Shown here: in pieces, positions 48,390-60,204 of the stretch
Layout: every line of letters begins with the position of its first letter
Position numbering within the stretch: the first letter of the stretch is position 1
From: Octopus bimaculoides
Taxonomy: Eukaryota
Assembly: GCF_001194135.2 (NCBI RefSeq)
Contig: NC_068982.1
Coordinates: 83,998,240-84,062,239, forward strand
DNA length: 64,000 nt
Direction of reading: 5' to 3'
Made by a program: the position numbers and the translations under genes
Notes under the pieces: model-generated
What the model was told of the DNA's origin: nothing
Seen by the model: the letters and a program-made list of their open reading frames with translations, nothing else
Databases searched by the model: none

Positions 48390-49744
48390 NNNNNNNNNNN
48401 NNNNNNNNNNNNNNNNNNNNNNNNNNNNNNNNNNNNNNNNNNNNNNNNNNNNNNNNNNNNNNNNNNNNNNNNNNNNNNNNNNNNNNNNNNNNNNNNNNNN
48501 NNNNNNNNNNNNNNNNNNNNNNNNNNNNNNNNNNNNNNNNNNNNNNNNNNNNNNNNNNNNNNNNNNNNNNNNNNNNNNNNNNNNNNNNNNNNNNNNNNNN
48601 NNNNNNNNNNNNNNNNNNNNNNNNNNNNNNNNNNNNNNNNNNNNNNNNNNNNNNNNNNNNNNNNNNNNNNNNNNNNNNNNNNNNNNNNNNNNNNNNNNNN
48701 NNNNNNNNNNNNNNNNNNNNNNNNNNNNNNNNNNNNNNNNNNNNNNNNNNNNNNNNNNNNNNNNNNNNNNNNNNNNNNNNNNNNNNNNNNNNNNNNNNNN
48801 NNNNNNNNNNNNNNNNNNNNNNNNNNNNNNNNNNNNNNNNNNNNNNNNNNNNNNNNNNNNNNNNNNNNNNNNNNNNNNNNNNNNNNNNNNNNNNNNNNNN
48901 NNNNNNNNNNNNNNNNNNNNNNNNNNNNNNNNNNNNNNNNNNNNNNNNNNNNNNNNNNNNNNNNNNNNNNNNNNNNNNNNNNNNNNNNNNNNNNNNNNNN
49001 AGTCCAATATATATATTCTTAAACTTCACACCTTATCTATAGCTTCAGGGTTTTTGTATAAACTAATTACATTTTTATTATTAACATATTAATTAAGCTA
49101 ATATTGATATCTATAAATTTCCCATACTTAGTATATGTAAAACAAGACTGATGCTTTATTCAGACTAAAGAAAAAGCCCTGTTGACCTAAATGCTTAATG
49201 TTTAATTCCCCAACATTATGATAGCAGTAAAAAAACCCAACCTAAAATAGTGTTGCCACTCTGACCAGAGAAACCTTTATAAGCATATCCATGTATAATG
49301 CTTACACATTCCCTTTCCTTAGAAGTGATTGCCCCCTTATACTGTAACCACTAGATAAGAGACAAATAAAATCAGAGACAGTTGAAATTCTACCTAGAAT
49401 TAATTACTAGCCTGCTAGCCTTGGCTATGTCAAGATGGAGTTTTATGTATTCTTCTTCCCACTTAGATTTTAAATGTTGCCACAATTATAATATGTCTAT
49501 TCTACTGTAATTTTCTACATCCTTGTGCAGCTGAAGATTGTTCTACATATTGCATTTAATGTAATGCTCGCATTACTTAAATAAATGGAGAAGCATGAAA
49601 CATGCGTGCTGCAATAATCTTTTAAATCCGTGTTGCTTTTTTTGATTTTTGATCACCTTGTTTTTGGATAATACCATACTATATTCTGGTGCCTAAACAT
49701 AAGTACCACATTCAATTTTGAATCTAAATCTAAATCTATATATG

Positions 49745-50123
49745 GACTGGCTCTTGTGCGGGTGGCACATAAAATACACCATTTTGAGTGTGGCCGTTGC
49801 CAGTACCGCCTGACTGGCCTTCGTAGGATTTTCGAGCGAGATCATTGCCAGTGCCCCTGCACAGGCTCTTGTGTGGGTGGCACATAAAATACACCATTTT
49901 GAGTGTGGCCGTTGCCAGTTCTGCCTGACTGGCCTTTGTGCGGGTGACATGTAAAAGCACCCACTACACTCTCTGAGTGGTTGGTATTAGGAAGGGCATC
50001 CAGCTGTAGAAACTCTGCCAAATCAGATTGGAGCCTGGTGTAGCCATCTGGTTTCACCAGTCCTCAGTCAAATCGTCCAACCCATGCTAGCATGGAAAGC
50101 GGACATTAAAGATGATGATGATG

Positions 50124-50125
<2 letters not shown>
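49745..50125 (+). mobile_element. RTE 3'-end-derived short element (tandem GC-rich units plus (gat)n tail)
   Basis: ggcacataaaatacaccatttt...ccgttgccag repeated, then ttaggaagggcatccagctgtagaaact...catggaaagcggacattaaagatgatgatg. Confidence 0.85.
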
Positions 50126-50175
<50 letters not shown>

Positions 50176-50600
50176 ATAAATGTGAAAATTAATTTGTGTG
50201 TCAGTGTGTCACACTTAGACTCCCTCTTTCACTATTCCTTGACACTCCTACTATTCCTCATGATGGGGTGAGAGTAATAGTAAAAATAGAGATGGTGAGG
50301 GTGGTCGTGAAGACAGAAAGAGTGAGAGAGAGAGAGGAAGAAAAAGAGGGAGAAAAAGAGAAACAAATAAATTTAGAGAGAGTTGATGTTTTATTAAAAA
50401 TAGTAGTGTTGATGGTGGGAGAGTGAGTGACGGAAAGAGGGAGATGATGTACAACCTTGTTTAACTGTGTGTCTTTGACAGAAATTGCGATCACCAAAAT
50501 ATTGAGCACTATCATTTTTATTTTATTTTTTGCTTTCTTTAATACACACACATATAAAATACATTTTAATTGAAATAAAGTTGCCCCAAAATTAAACATA

Positions 50601-50993
50601 GGTGCAAGAGTGGCTGTGTGGTAAGTAGCTTGCTTACCAACCACATGGTTCTGGGTTCAGTCCCACTGCGTGGCATCTTCGACAAGTGTCTTCTACTATA
50701 GCCTCAAGCTGACCAAAGCCTTGTGAGTCGATTTGGTAGATGGAAACTGAAAGAAGCCCATCGTATATATATATGTATGTGTGTGTATATGTTTATGCAT
50801 CTGTGTTTGTCCCCGCAACATCGCTTGACAACCAATGCTGGTGTGTTTACGTCCCCGTAACTTAGCGGTTCGGCAAAAGAGACTGATAGAATAAGTACTA
50901 GGCTTATAAAGAATAAGTCCTAGGGTCGATTTGCTCGACAAAAGTTGGTGCTCCAGCATGGCCGCAGTCAAATGACTGAAACAAGTAAAAAAG
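50601..50993 (+). mobile_element. SINE family A (young, full-length)
   Basis: gagtggctgtgtggtaag...ggttcagtccc head through the taaaa tail. Confidence 0.95.
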
Positions 50994-51057
50994 TATATCT
51001 AATATAAGGAATGTGAATGTCAGTGTGTCACACAAAAGACACATAATCAACTTTAAT

Positions 51058-51272
51058 AAATCCTTTCTACTGGAAGCGCAAGGCCTCAAATTTTTGGGGA
51101 AGGGATTAAATCGATTACATTGACCTCAGTACATAACTGGTACTAATTTTATTGAACCCAAATGGACGAAAGGCAAAGTCGTCCTCAGCGGAATTTCAAC
51201 TCAAAACCTAACGGCAGACAAAATACGGCTAAGTATTTCGCCCGGCATGCTAACTATTCTGCCAGCTCCCCA
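51058..51272 (-). mobile_element. SINE family B
   Basis: Reverse complement of the ctggcagaa...gttgaaattccgc...agtaccagtt body. Confidence 0.85.
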
Positions 51273-51397
51273 TCTTAGTATAATATAATATAATATAATA
51301 TAATATAATAAATGTGAATGTCAGTGTGTTACACTTTTTCAACTTTACTCCTAGAGACCAAAGCCCAATATATCATACCATTTTGGAATCAGGCTGA

Positions 51398-51720
51398 CTC
51401 CATGAGTAAATTTAAAACACTCCATGCCAAACTTGGACCCACAATCTTGAAATTTTGGATTCCCAAGTTTTCATTACTGTGATTGTTTTCAGCAATATTT
51501 TACTGTGACTTTTTGCAACAAATTTTTTTGTACAATAACAATTTTTATAATCTAAAGGTTAACTCCGAGAGTAAATTAAAAACATTCCAGGTTGAGTCCA
51601 GACCTGCAATTCTGAAATTTTGGATTCCTATGCTTTCATTACTGTGATTGTTTTCGGCGATTTTTTCACACAATTGTTTGCAACGAATATGATTATCATT
51701 GGGATATGAAGCAATTGCAA
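51398..51720. repeat. ~165-bp direct duplication
   Basis: actcc..gagtaaatt.aaaaca...gaaattttggattcc...ttcattactgtgattgttttc occurs twice. Confidence 0.8.
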
Positions 51721-51746
51721 CAAATTCCCCAAACCANNNNNNNNNN

Positions 51747-51802
<56 letters not shown>

Positions 51803-52304
51803 CATGTATGTATGTATGTTGATAATACCTAGAAGAAGATGCTTGTTTCCACTTACCAAAGTAATGTAATCAGACAGTATCCAATTATGATTGATGGGTC
51901 AGCAGAGGTGGCCAAACCACTGCCTCTCATCTCTTCTGCTCCATAACCAACAAGAGGCTTTTTTAACTGCCTTTCCCATCTTGCACACAGCCACCCTTCA
52001 CTCCTTTCCACTCATTCCATTGGTTGCAAGCATACTCCATACCGACTGTGCAGGGAAACCCCTACAGCCAAGCTCAAATGGGAAAAGCCATAACTGCCAT
52101 CCCTTCTGCCTGCAATCCTGCAGAAGGCTGTCATACTTCGCATGCTTCTATTCATGGGTCTGATCATACCCTTCTTCTCACAGGACTGCAAGCTCAGTCA
52201 AGATAATTTTCTTGGTCTTTTTAGACCACAGAACCACATCTGGTCTCAGAATTGTATGGACAACCTGGGAAAACAGCAATCTCTTCCCTATGTATATATC
52301 TTTT

Positions 52305-52490
52305 ATCTATTTCAGTTTTTAGATTGTGGCCATGTTGGGGCACCACCTTGAGGAATTTTAGTTGAACATATCATCCCTAGAACTTATTATTTTTCTATTT
52401 TCTCTTTTGCTGAACTGCTAAGTTATGGGGAAGTAAACAAACCAACACCAGTTGTCAAGTAATGGTGGTGGGCAAACACAGACACACACA
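52305..52490 (-). mobile_element. SINE family A 3' fragment
   Basis: Reverse complement of the family A tail, joined to a mariner fragment. Confidence 0.75.
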
Positions 52491-52494
52491 CACA

Positions 52495-53025
52495 ATGAGA
52501 GGTGTCAAAAGGAGAACAGAGCTGGTTGAGGAAGTTCACAATTTTCTGGATGAAGACTGTTGTGTGTCTACAGTTTGGAGTCAGTGTGCTTATTATCTTT
52601 ATGGACACATTATGGTCTTTTGTACACAGAATTATTCATGAAGATCTGAACATAGGAAAAATTTGTACTAAGTTTGTTCCTAGGGTGCTCAGTGACAAGC
52701 ATCCTGGTAACCAACCACATGGCTGGGATGGACATCAAAATTCTCTTTCACTTCACTACATTCCTGACCTTGCTCCTTGTGAGCTTTGGTTGTTTTCCAA
52801 ACTGAAAGAGAACCTTAATGGCAGTTGTTTGAAGGTGAAAGAGGCTGTGACAAGGGTATTGGACACTTTCACTTTGGAGGATTTCCAGGGTACCTTTACA
52901 AAGAGGCTGGTGTGCTACAAGTACACTGAAATCAGAATCATAACTTGAAGGAGATTAGAGTTTTGTACTTCTTTAAAATTAATAAAATTCTCTTCTGAAA
53001 AAGTCTGAGAACTTTCATAATGATG
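52495..53025 (+). mobile_element. Internally deleted mariner fragment
   Basis: EDLNIGKICTKFVPRVL and HYIPDLAPCELWLFSKLKENLNG (cf. YSPDLAPCDF.LF.KLK). Confidence 0.85.
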
Positions 53026-53116
53026 CATGCCCAACTGTGTCTGTTCATTGGAAAATATGTATATGTAATTGTATTTCTACTGACATAATATTTATGTTAA
53101 TATATAAATGTGTACA

Positions 53117-53282
53117 AGGAGTGGCTGTGTGGTAAGTAGCTAGCTTACCAACCACATGGTCCTGGGTTCAGTCCCACTGCGTGGCATCTTGGGCAAGTGT
53201 CTTCTACTATAGCCTCGGGCTGACCAAAGCCTTGTGAGTGGATTTGGTAAACGGAAACTGAAAGAAGCCCATCGTATATATG

Positions 53283-53313
<31 letters not shown>

Positions 53314-53537
53314 ATGTTTGTATGTGTGTATTTGTCCCCCCAACATCGCTTGACAACCGATGCTGGTATGTTTATGCCCCCGTAACTTAGCGGTTCGGCA
53401 AAAGAGATCAATAGAATAAGTACTAGGCTTCTAAGGAATAAGTCCTGGGGTCGATTTACTCGACTAAAAGGCGGTGCTCCAGCATGGCCACAGTCAAAAG
53501 ACTGAAACAAATAAAAGAGTAAAAGAGTAAAGAGTAA
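53117..53537 (+). mobile_element. SINE family A (young, full-length)
   Basis: High similarity to 50601-50993; (taaaagag)n tail. Confidence 0.95.
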
Positions 53538-53949
53538 GTATATGCTTCGATAAACTTTAATGTCCTGTGATGTATATGTATGTGTGAGAGTGTGTGTGAG
53601 TGAATGGGTTTGTGTTTTTATTTTCATTTCATTTTCACTCAAGCCTACCCTCTGTTTTATTGGCAGATTATTTGAAATACACTTTTTTCACAATTACTTC
53701 TCCAATATTAATTCTGAATGAAACCTTCCATAGCAAATTGCAATTCACACTATATAGGAAACAAGCTCTCAAATTTGAAGTCAGTCTCTTAAGTGCCTTG
53801 CACAGAACTCTTGACCTATTAAGTAGAAAAGTATATATATTATGGGTTTCCATTTTCCTGCTTTGTTCTGCCAAAGGAAGGGAAAAAGGAAAAGAAGCAG
53901 GCAGGCAGGAGGGTAGATAGGAATGTAGATAAGCAGCTAGGTAAGTTTG

Positions 53950-54282
53950 TTGTTGACACTGTCGCTTACGATGTCGAGGGTTCTAGTTGATCTGATCAAC
54001 GGAACAGCCTGCTCATGAAATTAACATGCAAGTGGCTGAGCACTCCACAGACACGGGGGATTTTCAGCGTGACACAGTGTGACAACAGAAACAGGAAGTA
54101 AGAGTGAGAGAAAGTTGTGGTGAAAGAGTACAGCAGGGTTCGCCACCATTCCCTGCCGGAGCCTCAAGGAGCTTTAGGTGTTTTCGCTCAATAAACACTC
54201 ACAACGCCCGGTCTGGGAATCGAAACCGCGATCCCATGACCATGAGTCCGCTGCCGTAACCACTGGGCCATTGCGCCTCCAC
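53950..54282 (-). mobile_element. tRNA-headed SINE, family C
   Basis: Minus-strand head ggaggcgcaatggcccagtgg...gtttcgattccc carries A-box- and B-box-like motifs, followed by a non-tRNA body. Confidence 0.85.
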
Positions 54283-55060
54283 AGCTAAGTAAGTATACAT
54301 ATAGATATACAAAATAAACTTAGTGAAGAGAAAAATAACTGAAAGAATCAATCTATGAATGAAGCCAATTCAGTTAGAGATGTACTGAACACTGTAAACA
54401 AAAAAATGGATAAGTAGGGGAGATAATTTCCAAAACATTCTGATTTGATTAACATACTTAGGAAAAAGGAAGTTTTTACATATGTGTTTGTATGGTTGCC
54501 TTTGACTCCTGGTACTTACTGACACTTAATGTTTTTAGGCTCATCTTTACTAGATCTCATTTTATTTTTGCCTTGTTTAAAGAATTGGCTCTTTCTACTT
54601 TCCTTCTCTAATTCTTACCTTTCTCTCCTTTTGGCCACTTCATACCCCAGTCTTCTAATCCTCTCACCTCACCTTTCTCTTTCTCTCTTGCTTTCTCTCT
54701 CTACCTCTCTCTACCTTCTAAGTATCGTACCACACCACCACCACAACTACCATAACTACTCTTTCAACTTCAATTTCTTCCATTCATTTCATCTCACTAC
54801 CAAAGTGACACCAACTCTCTCTCTCTCTCTCTCTCTTATACTCAGATGTAGGGCAAGGCCCAAAAGGAAGAATTCTACACCCCTCATGGCAGCTGAACTC
54901 ATCAAACTATGGACTAAATATTGCTGGAACAGGCCATCACTATTTCCACAGGTTCTGAACTTTAACCTAATATGTCTTTTTCTCTGAAATATGAATCATT
55001 TATTAAATGTTAAAAAAAAATTAATAAAATAAAATAGAAATTCATTAATTTTAAAACTAC

Positions 55061-55145
55061 CTGCTGCACGTTTATGACAGTTCAAAGCCTCTTCAAATTT
55101 ACCAGATTTTACATAAACATCAGCCTGCCGTCCAAGTTGGTGAGC
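55061..55145 (-). CDS. NRBF2: NRBF2 internal exon (MIT domain: AHQLGRQADVYVKSGKFEEALNCHKRAA)
   Basis: cttttcacag acceptor and gtagtt donor; 85 nt ending in phase 1, matching the 43964 exon; parallels NRBF2 AHQQSRRADRLLAAGKYEEAISCHKKAA. Confidence 0.92.
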
Positions 55146-55266
55146 CTGTGAAAAGGAAGTTAAGGAAGAAAATATTTAAATAAAAATAACTTAATAAATA
55201 ATACTAATGTTTTAAAATTTAAAAAAAAATTGTTTTTCAGTTTTTTTTAAACACATTCCATATTTT

Positions 55267-55460
55267 AAAGCTCTTGTGCAGGTGGCACATAAAATACACC
55301 ATTTTGAGCGTGGCCGTTGCCAGTATCGCCTGACTGGCCTTCGTGCAGGTGACACATAAAAGTACCCACTACACTCTCTGAGTGGTTGGCGTTAGGAAGG
55401 GCATCCAGCTGTAGAAACTCTGCCAAATTGCTAGCATGGAAAGCGGACGTTAAACGAAAT
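55267..55460 (+). mobile_element. RTE 3'-end-derived short element
   Basis: Near-identical to part of 49745-50125. Confidence 0.85.
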
Positions 55461-55769
55461 GAACGAACGACGAGACACTGGTTTAAATTGAAAACGAATG
55501 CTACATTTGTAAATATGAAATTGTGAAACTATACAAACTCAAACTGTAATCTGAGCTGATATTGTTGGCCATAATCCCTCATGGCAGTACTCCAAATGTG
55601 ACACTGCACAAAAAGTATGAAAGGTGCTCTGATACTCTGAAAAATATTGCATAATTTGTCTAGTTCACATAAAAATATCACAAAGAATGTTAGTCACAAC
55701 AAACTTGATTTAACTAAACACCAAAATAAAGCAAAAGCAAAATAAAGTTATCAAATTTAATTCATAGCA

Positions 55770-57450
55770 GATATCTTTCAGAAATAGAACCTGGACCCAA
55801 TGTGACCTTCAAAATGACTCTGATGTCACAATGGAAATCTTGGACTCTGTCCAGATCACTGATATTGTTGGCCTATTCTTTAATTTCAAAAATTAAGGAA
55901 GAATTCCCTAATATCAGCAGAGGTTTGTATAGAGACGATGCATTATTCAGCACAAGCAACTGATAAGGTAAAGATTGATAAAATTATATAACTTAGATAT
56001 TCTATTTGAAAATGTCACTAAATGTGTTAACATTTTGGACGTAACATTAAATTTAGATAATGGCTTATTTTACCATTACCATAAGTTTAATAAAACCATT
56101 AAGTATATCCACACCTTATCAAATCATCCCCAATTATTAATGGGATAGTCAAAGGTGTGTTGATAAAAATCTCTAACTTATCTGCAAACAAAAAGATTTT
56201 TTATAACTTTGCACCCTTTTATAATACAGCTTTGAAGGACAGTGGATTCAGTAGGAAGATATATTATATTAAGAATGCAATATTTTAAAATAAATTAGGT
56301 AAATATTTTCCAAATATTGCGAAAGTAAACATTGACACACCTTCCATGACCCCCGCCAACCGAGCATAAGAACCAACACCATAATAGAAGATACTATAAT
56401 TCATTTAATTATAATAATAATAATAATAATAGCTATACTGGGAAAAGTAGAAACAACTCAGTGAGGAAACAGGAAATTATCTGGTTCACCCTTCCTTTTC
56501 CCCTCCAAGTCAGAATCCTCCCTAAATTATTTTTTAGGATTACTGACAGGGATTTCCCATTAGGCCATAAATATCATTCCATCTTTAATAGATCCTGCCT
56601 TAAATTATTGTACTCAACTATGCCCAACCTAGGATCAATAATTGTAGCCAACAATAGATTTAAACTTAGAAATAATAGTATTGATAGAGATGACAACATA
56701 GCTGACCTTAATATGAAGAACAATGATAAGAATCCTGATATTAAAAATTTAAAAGCAAAGCATAGAAATAAAACATGTAATTACCATAACCGGGAATTAA
56801 GTCCCTTAAAGGGATTCTGTTTAAGAGAAATGTTATATATAAAGTTGAGATCTCAACCCTTAGTGAATCAAAAAGATATTCATAGGAAGTATGACTGATT
56901 TTAAGACAAGATATAGGGCACACACAAACTCATTTATTAATCAAGAAACAAAAAATTCAACTGCACAATAAAGAATTCAGTCTAGAAATCACATCATACG
57001 GTACACACAGCAGAAACTGTAAATTATGCACAAAAGAAGTGATCTGTATACTCTGCCGACAAAAAAAAATTTTACTTAGCAAGCTCTCAGATGTCATTAT
57101 TCTTTGTAAACATAAATATTTATCAACTTCAAAATGTTTTTCCAAAAATAATTAGTTTATATGATTTTAACCTAGTTACCCTTTATGTATTTGGATTCTT
57201 CTTAAAACACTATTATCTATAGCTTCATAATTTATATAAACATGTAATTTTTAGCTCTTATTATATCATCTGCCTGAACAGTATGTTCCAACATAGCATT
57301 TGATTTTTAATGTTGCTTAAAACCTTAAGATTTAAATAACTCTTTTATAAATCCTTTAGATTAACTCTGATGAGTGAAATATAGATGATTGTTATGGTTG
57401 GAATTAACTTACCCATACCAACCTATATCTTCTTGAAACAGCCATCATTC
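55770..57450 (+). mobile_element. Penelope-like retroelement fragment (RT C-terminus plus GIY-YIG region), decayed
   Basis: YRDDAL; LDVTLNLDNG...YHK.N....YIHT.SNHP; IIWFTLPF; HKYHSIFNR..LK..YS.MPNLGSII; CN......PLKG.CL. Confidence 0.85.
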
Positions 57451-57989
57451 TATACCAACTTTCTCCACTTGTATCACATAGTCAAATGGAAACGATGTTT
57501 CCTGGGGCTAAATAGCAGTAGCATTCTTCCCTTTCCTGGGACTGCCACATTAAGTTGACAACAAACTATCACTATATATATATATATATATATAGTTAGA
57601 AGACAAAAATGGATTAAAAAATCCAAGCAGATATCGTTAAAGCATTCAGTTTTAAATGAATTTTGGTTAATTATATCCAACAATCAGACATCAGTAAATG
57701 TAAGGAGAATACACAGCTATTCCTCATGTATGACAAGTAGATATCATTTTGAAGAATTTCAAGAAATTCAGACAAAAAAAGTACATATAGAGAAAATCAC
57801 ATTGTAGAATTCACCTTATAAAGCCGACAACTGTAACATATATAGATACAGAAAATATTGAAATTAATATTTCTGAAAACACGTTAACACAACATTTCCA
57901 AGGTGATCCAAAATTTGTTAAATTCAAAGTGAACTAAGGAAATATTTCCAGTACAAGAACACCTACAAAAAGAACACTAAGAAGAAATA

Positions 57990-58190
57990 TAATCTAAGAA
58001 ATTTGTATATTCAATTATTAGTGACATCAGTGGACAACAAAAGAATAAAAAATAAACATAAGAATTCTACATTACAATAACTAGAAACATAGAGCAATAT
58101 AATTTAAGAAAGGCCAATTTTGTATTCAACTATCAGTGACATCACTGGATAAATAAAGAATAAAAAATAAACATTAGGACAATTGGAAAC
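57990..58190. repeat. ~115-bp direct duplication
   Basis: ttcaa.tat.agtgacatca.tgga...aagaataaaaaataaacat occurs twice. Confidence 0.75.
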
Positions 58191-58210
58191 ACAAAGAATT
58201 TATACATACT

Positions 58211-58218
58211 TACACACG

Positions 58219-58287
<69 letters not shown>
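58211..58287. repeat. (CA)n microsatellite
   Basis: Long uninterrupted CA run. Confidence 0.98.
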
Positions 58288-58294
<7 letters not shown>

Positions 58295-58677
58295 AGTCAC
58301 AGAAATACAAGAAGTTAACTAAACTGTCCTGTGATCCTTCCCTGAAACTGCACATTCTCAGAAAACTATTCTGACCCTACTGCACTTTCTGTCCTCAAAA
58401 TGCACAAGGACAAATATATTTGTGAATTACTAACTTCACATGCTGGTGAAATGAATAAAATGACAGGTGAATTTCACTACATGTATACAAAACTGCTCTA
58501 CTAAGTAGTCTTGTTCCTATTTTGTCTTGTATTTCTTTTTTTTTTTTTGTTTTTCCTTTTTCTTTCTTCTTTTACAATCTGTTGAAATAGTATTCAAACC
58601 TCTAAATAAACAATCTGACCTTGAGTGAATTTATCAAAAGGGAGGGTGAAAGTTGTAAAAATGGCAAGAGTGGATGG

Positions 58678-58903
58678 CGGCAAGCTGGCAGAAACATTAG
58701 CATGCCAGGCGAAACAATTAGCGGTATTTTGTCTGTTGTGAGTTCAAATTCCGCCAAGGTTGACTTTGCCTTTCATCCTTTCAGGGTCGATAAATTAAGT
58801 ACCAGTTACACACTACGCACTGGTGTTGATGTAATCAACTTAATCCCTTTGTCTGTCCTTGTTTGTCCCCTCTATGTTTAGCCCCTTGTGGGCAATAAAG
58901 AAA
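58678..58903 (+). mobile_element. SINE family B with a 13-bp TSD
   Basis: caagagtggatgg at 58665-58677 and 58904-58916. Confidence 0.9.
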
Positions 58904-59209
58904 CAAGAGTGGATGGTACCACTCTAAGTGTAGACCTGTGAGTTGGAGGAAAAGAGCTGGAGAGGGCACTTGTCCTTCGAATTCAAGGAGATCTTGGATT
59001 GTGGAGTCCCTTGGTTATCCCTAAAGGTCCTCTTGTATAAGGAGAACACCATCACTACTGTCCATTTTTTTCTTAATCATTCCATTATATGTAAATCCCC
59101 ACTTTATGTCTGTCTTTGTATTGTCCACCTCATCCTTCGTCCTGGTGGCAAATAAAAGAAAGGACCAGTTACATACTCTGATTCAGGTCTTGTGCCTTTA
59201 GTAAAAAGG

Positions 59210-59282
<73 letters not shown>

Positions 59283-59471
59283 TAGTCAATTCAAATAAAT
59301 GCATAAAATTAATAGACAACAAGAGGATGTGCACAAGAAATGTATTAGCTTGATGCTCATTGAAAAGAGAGAGTTTGATGTTTCGAGCATAGCTCTTCAT
59401 TGGAAAGGAGAAAAGTTCAAAGAAGGAAAAGAATCACCAACAGGACATGTGTAGTTACATTGCTGAAGTGA

Positions 59472-59680
59472 CTGGTGAGCTGGCAGAATTGTTAGCATGC
59501 CAGGCAAAATGCTTAGCAGCATTTTGCCTTCCTTTACATTCTGAATTCAAATTCTGCCAAGGTCAACTCTACCTTTCATCCTTTCAGGGTCAATAAAACA
59601 AGTATCAGTTGAGTGCTGGAGTTGATGTAATTGACTTACACCCTCCAACAAAATCCAGGTCTTATGCTTAAAGCAGGAAG
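59472..59680 (+). mobile_element. SINE family B (older)
   Basis: gagctggcagaattgttagcatgccagg...ttcaaattctgcc...ggtcttatgc. Confidence 0.8.
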
Positions 59681-60204
59681 GATTTTATACACACACTCAC
59701 ACACATTGATATTTCTCTATCTCTCTCTCAGTATACACACACATGCACACACGCACACACACACACACAAAAAACACACACTCACACTCATACATTCACA
59801 TGCATATTTATATACACCAATACAAGTGCATACATATACATGTAGTAATTCTGGTTATCAAACTGGTGAGATTATTGAATACAGATGACTGGAAATGATT
59901 AGCCGCAAATTGGCTTTACTCTTCTAAGAACGAGGGTGTGGTATCTGTCAGTTGTTTTAGTCATGAACCTTGCTGAACAGGAGTCAGCCATGTTTAAATA
60001 TCATTTCAAAGCCTTGTTGGCTGGTGAGATGATGGAAATAACCTTGAATAGTAATAACAGTAATTATTACCACATTCCCTACTGAGTTCAGTGAGTTTGT
60101 AAAGTTCTTAGTCATCAAAATATATGTGTGAATCGTGAATGTATATATCAAGGGAATGGAGGGAATAATATGGAAAATTACAGTATTTCGGATAGTTCAC
60201 GCTT

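Noticed and set aside
885-49042. Long ORF calls dominated by X (e.g. 885-1709, 8712-9454, 15833-16276, 17451-18203, 48316-49042)
   Set aside because: They are open only because N gaps contain no stop codons.
54215-54282. tRNA gene
   Set aside because: The A/B-box-like head runs into a SINE body shared with 19527-19832, and there is no clean cloverleaf or terminator. The same applies to the family A and B heads.
54529-54987. 152-aa Leu/Ser-rich ORF
   Set aside because: Low-complexity CT-rich intronic sequence antisense to NRBF2.
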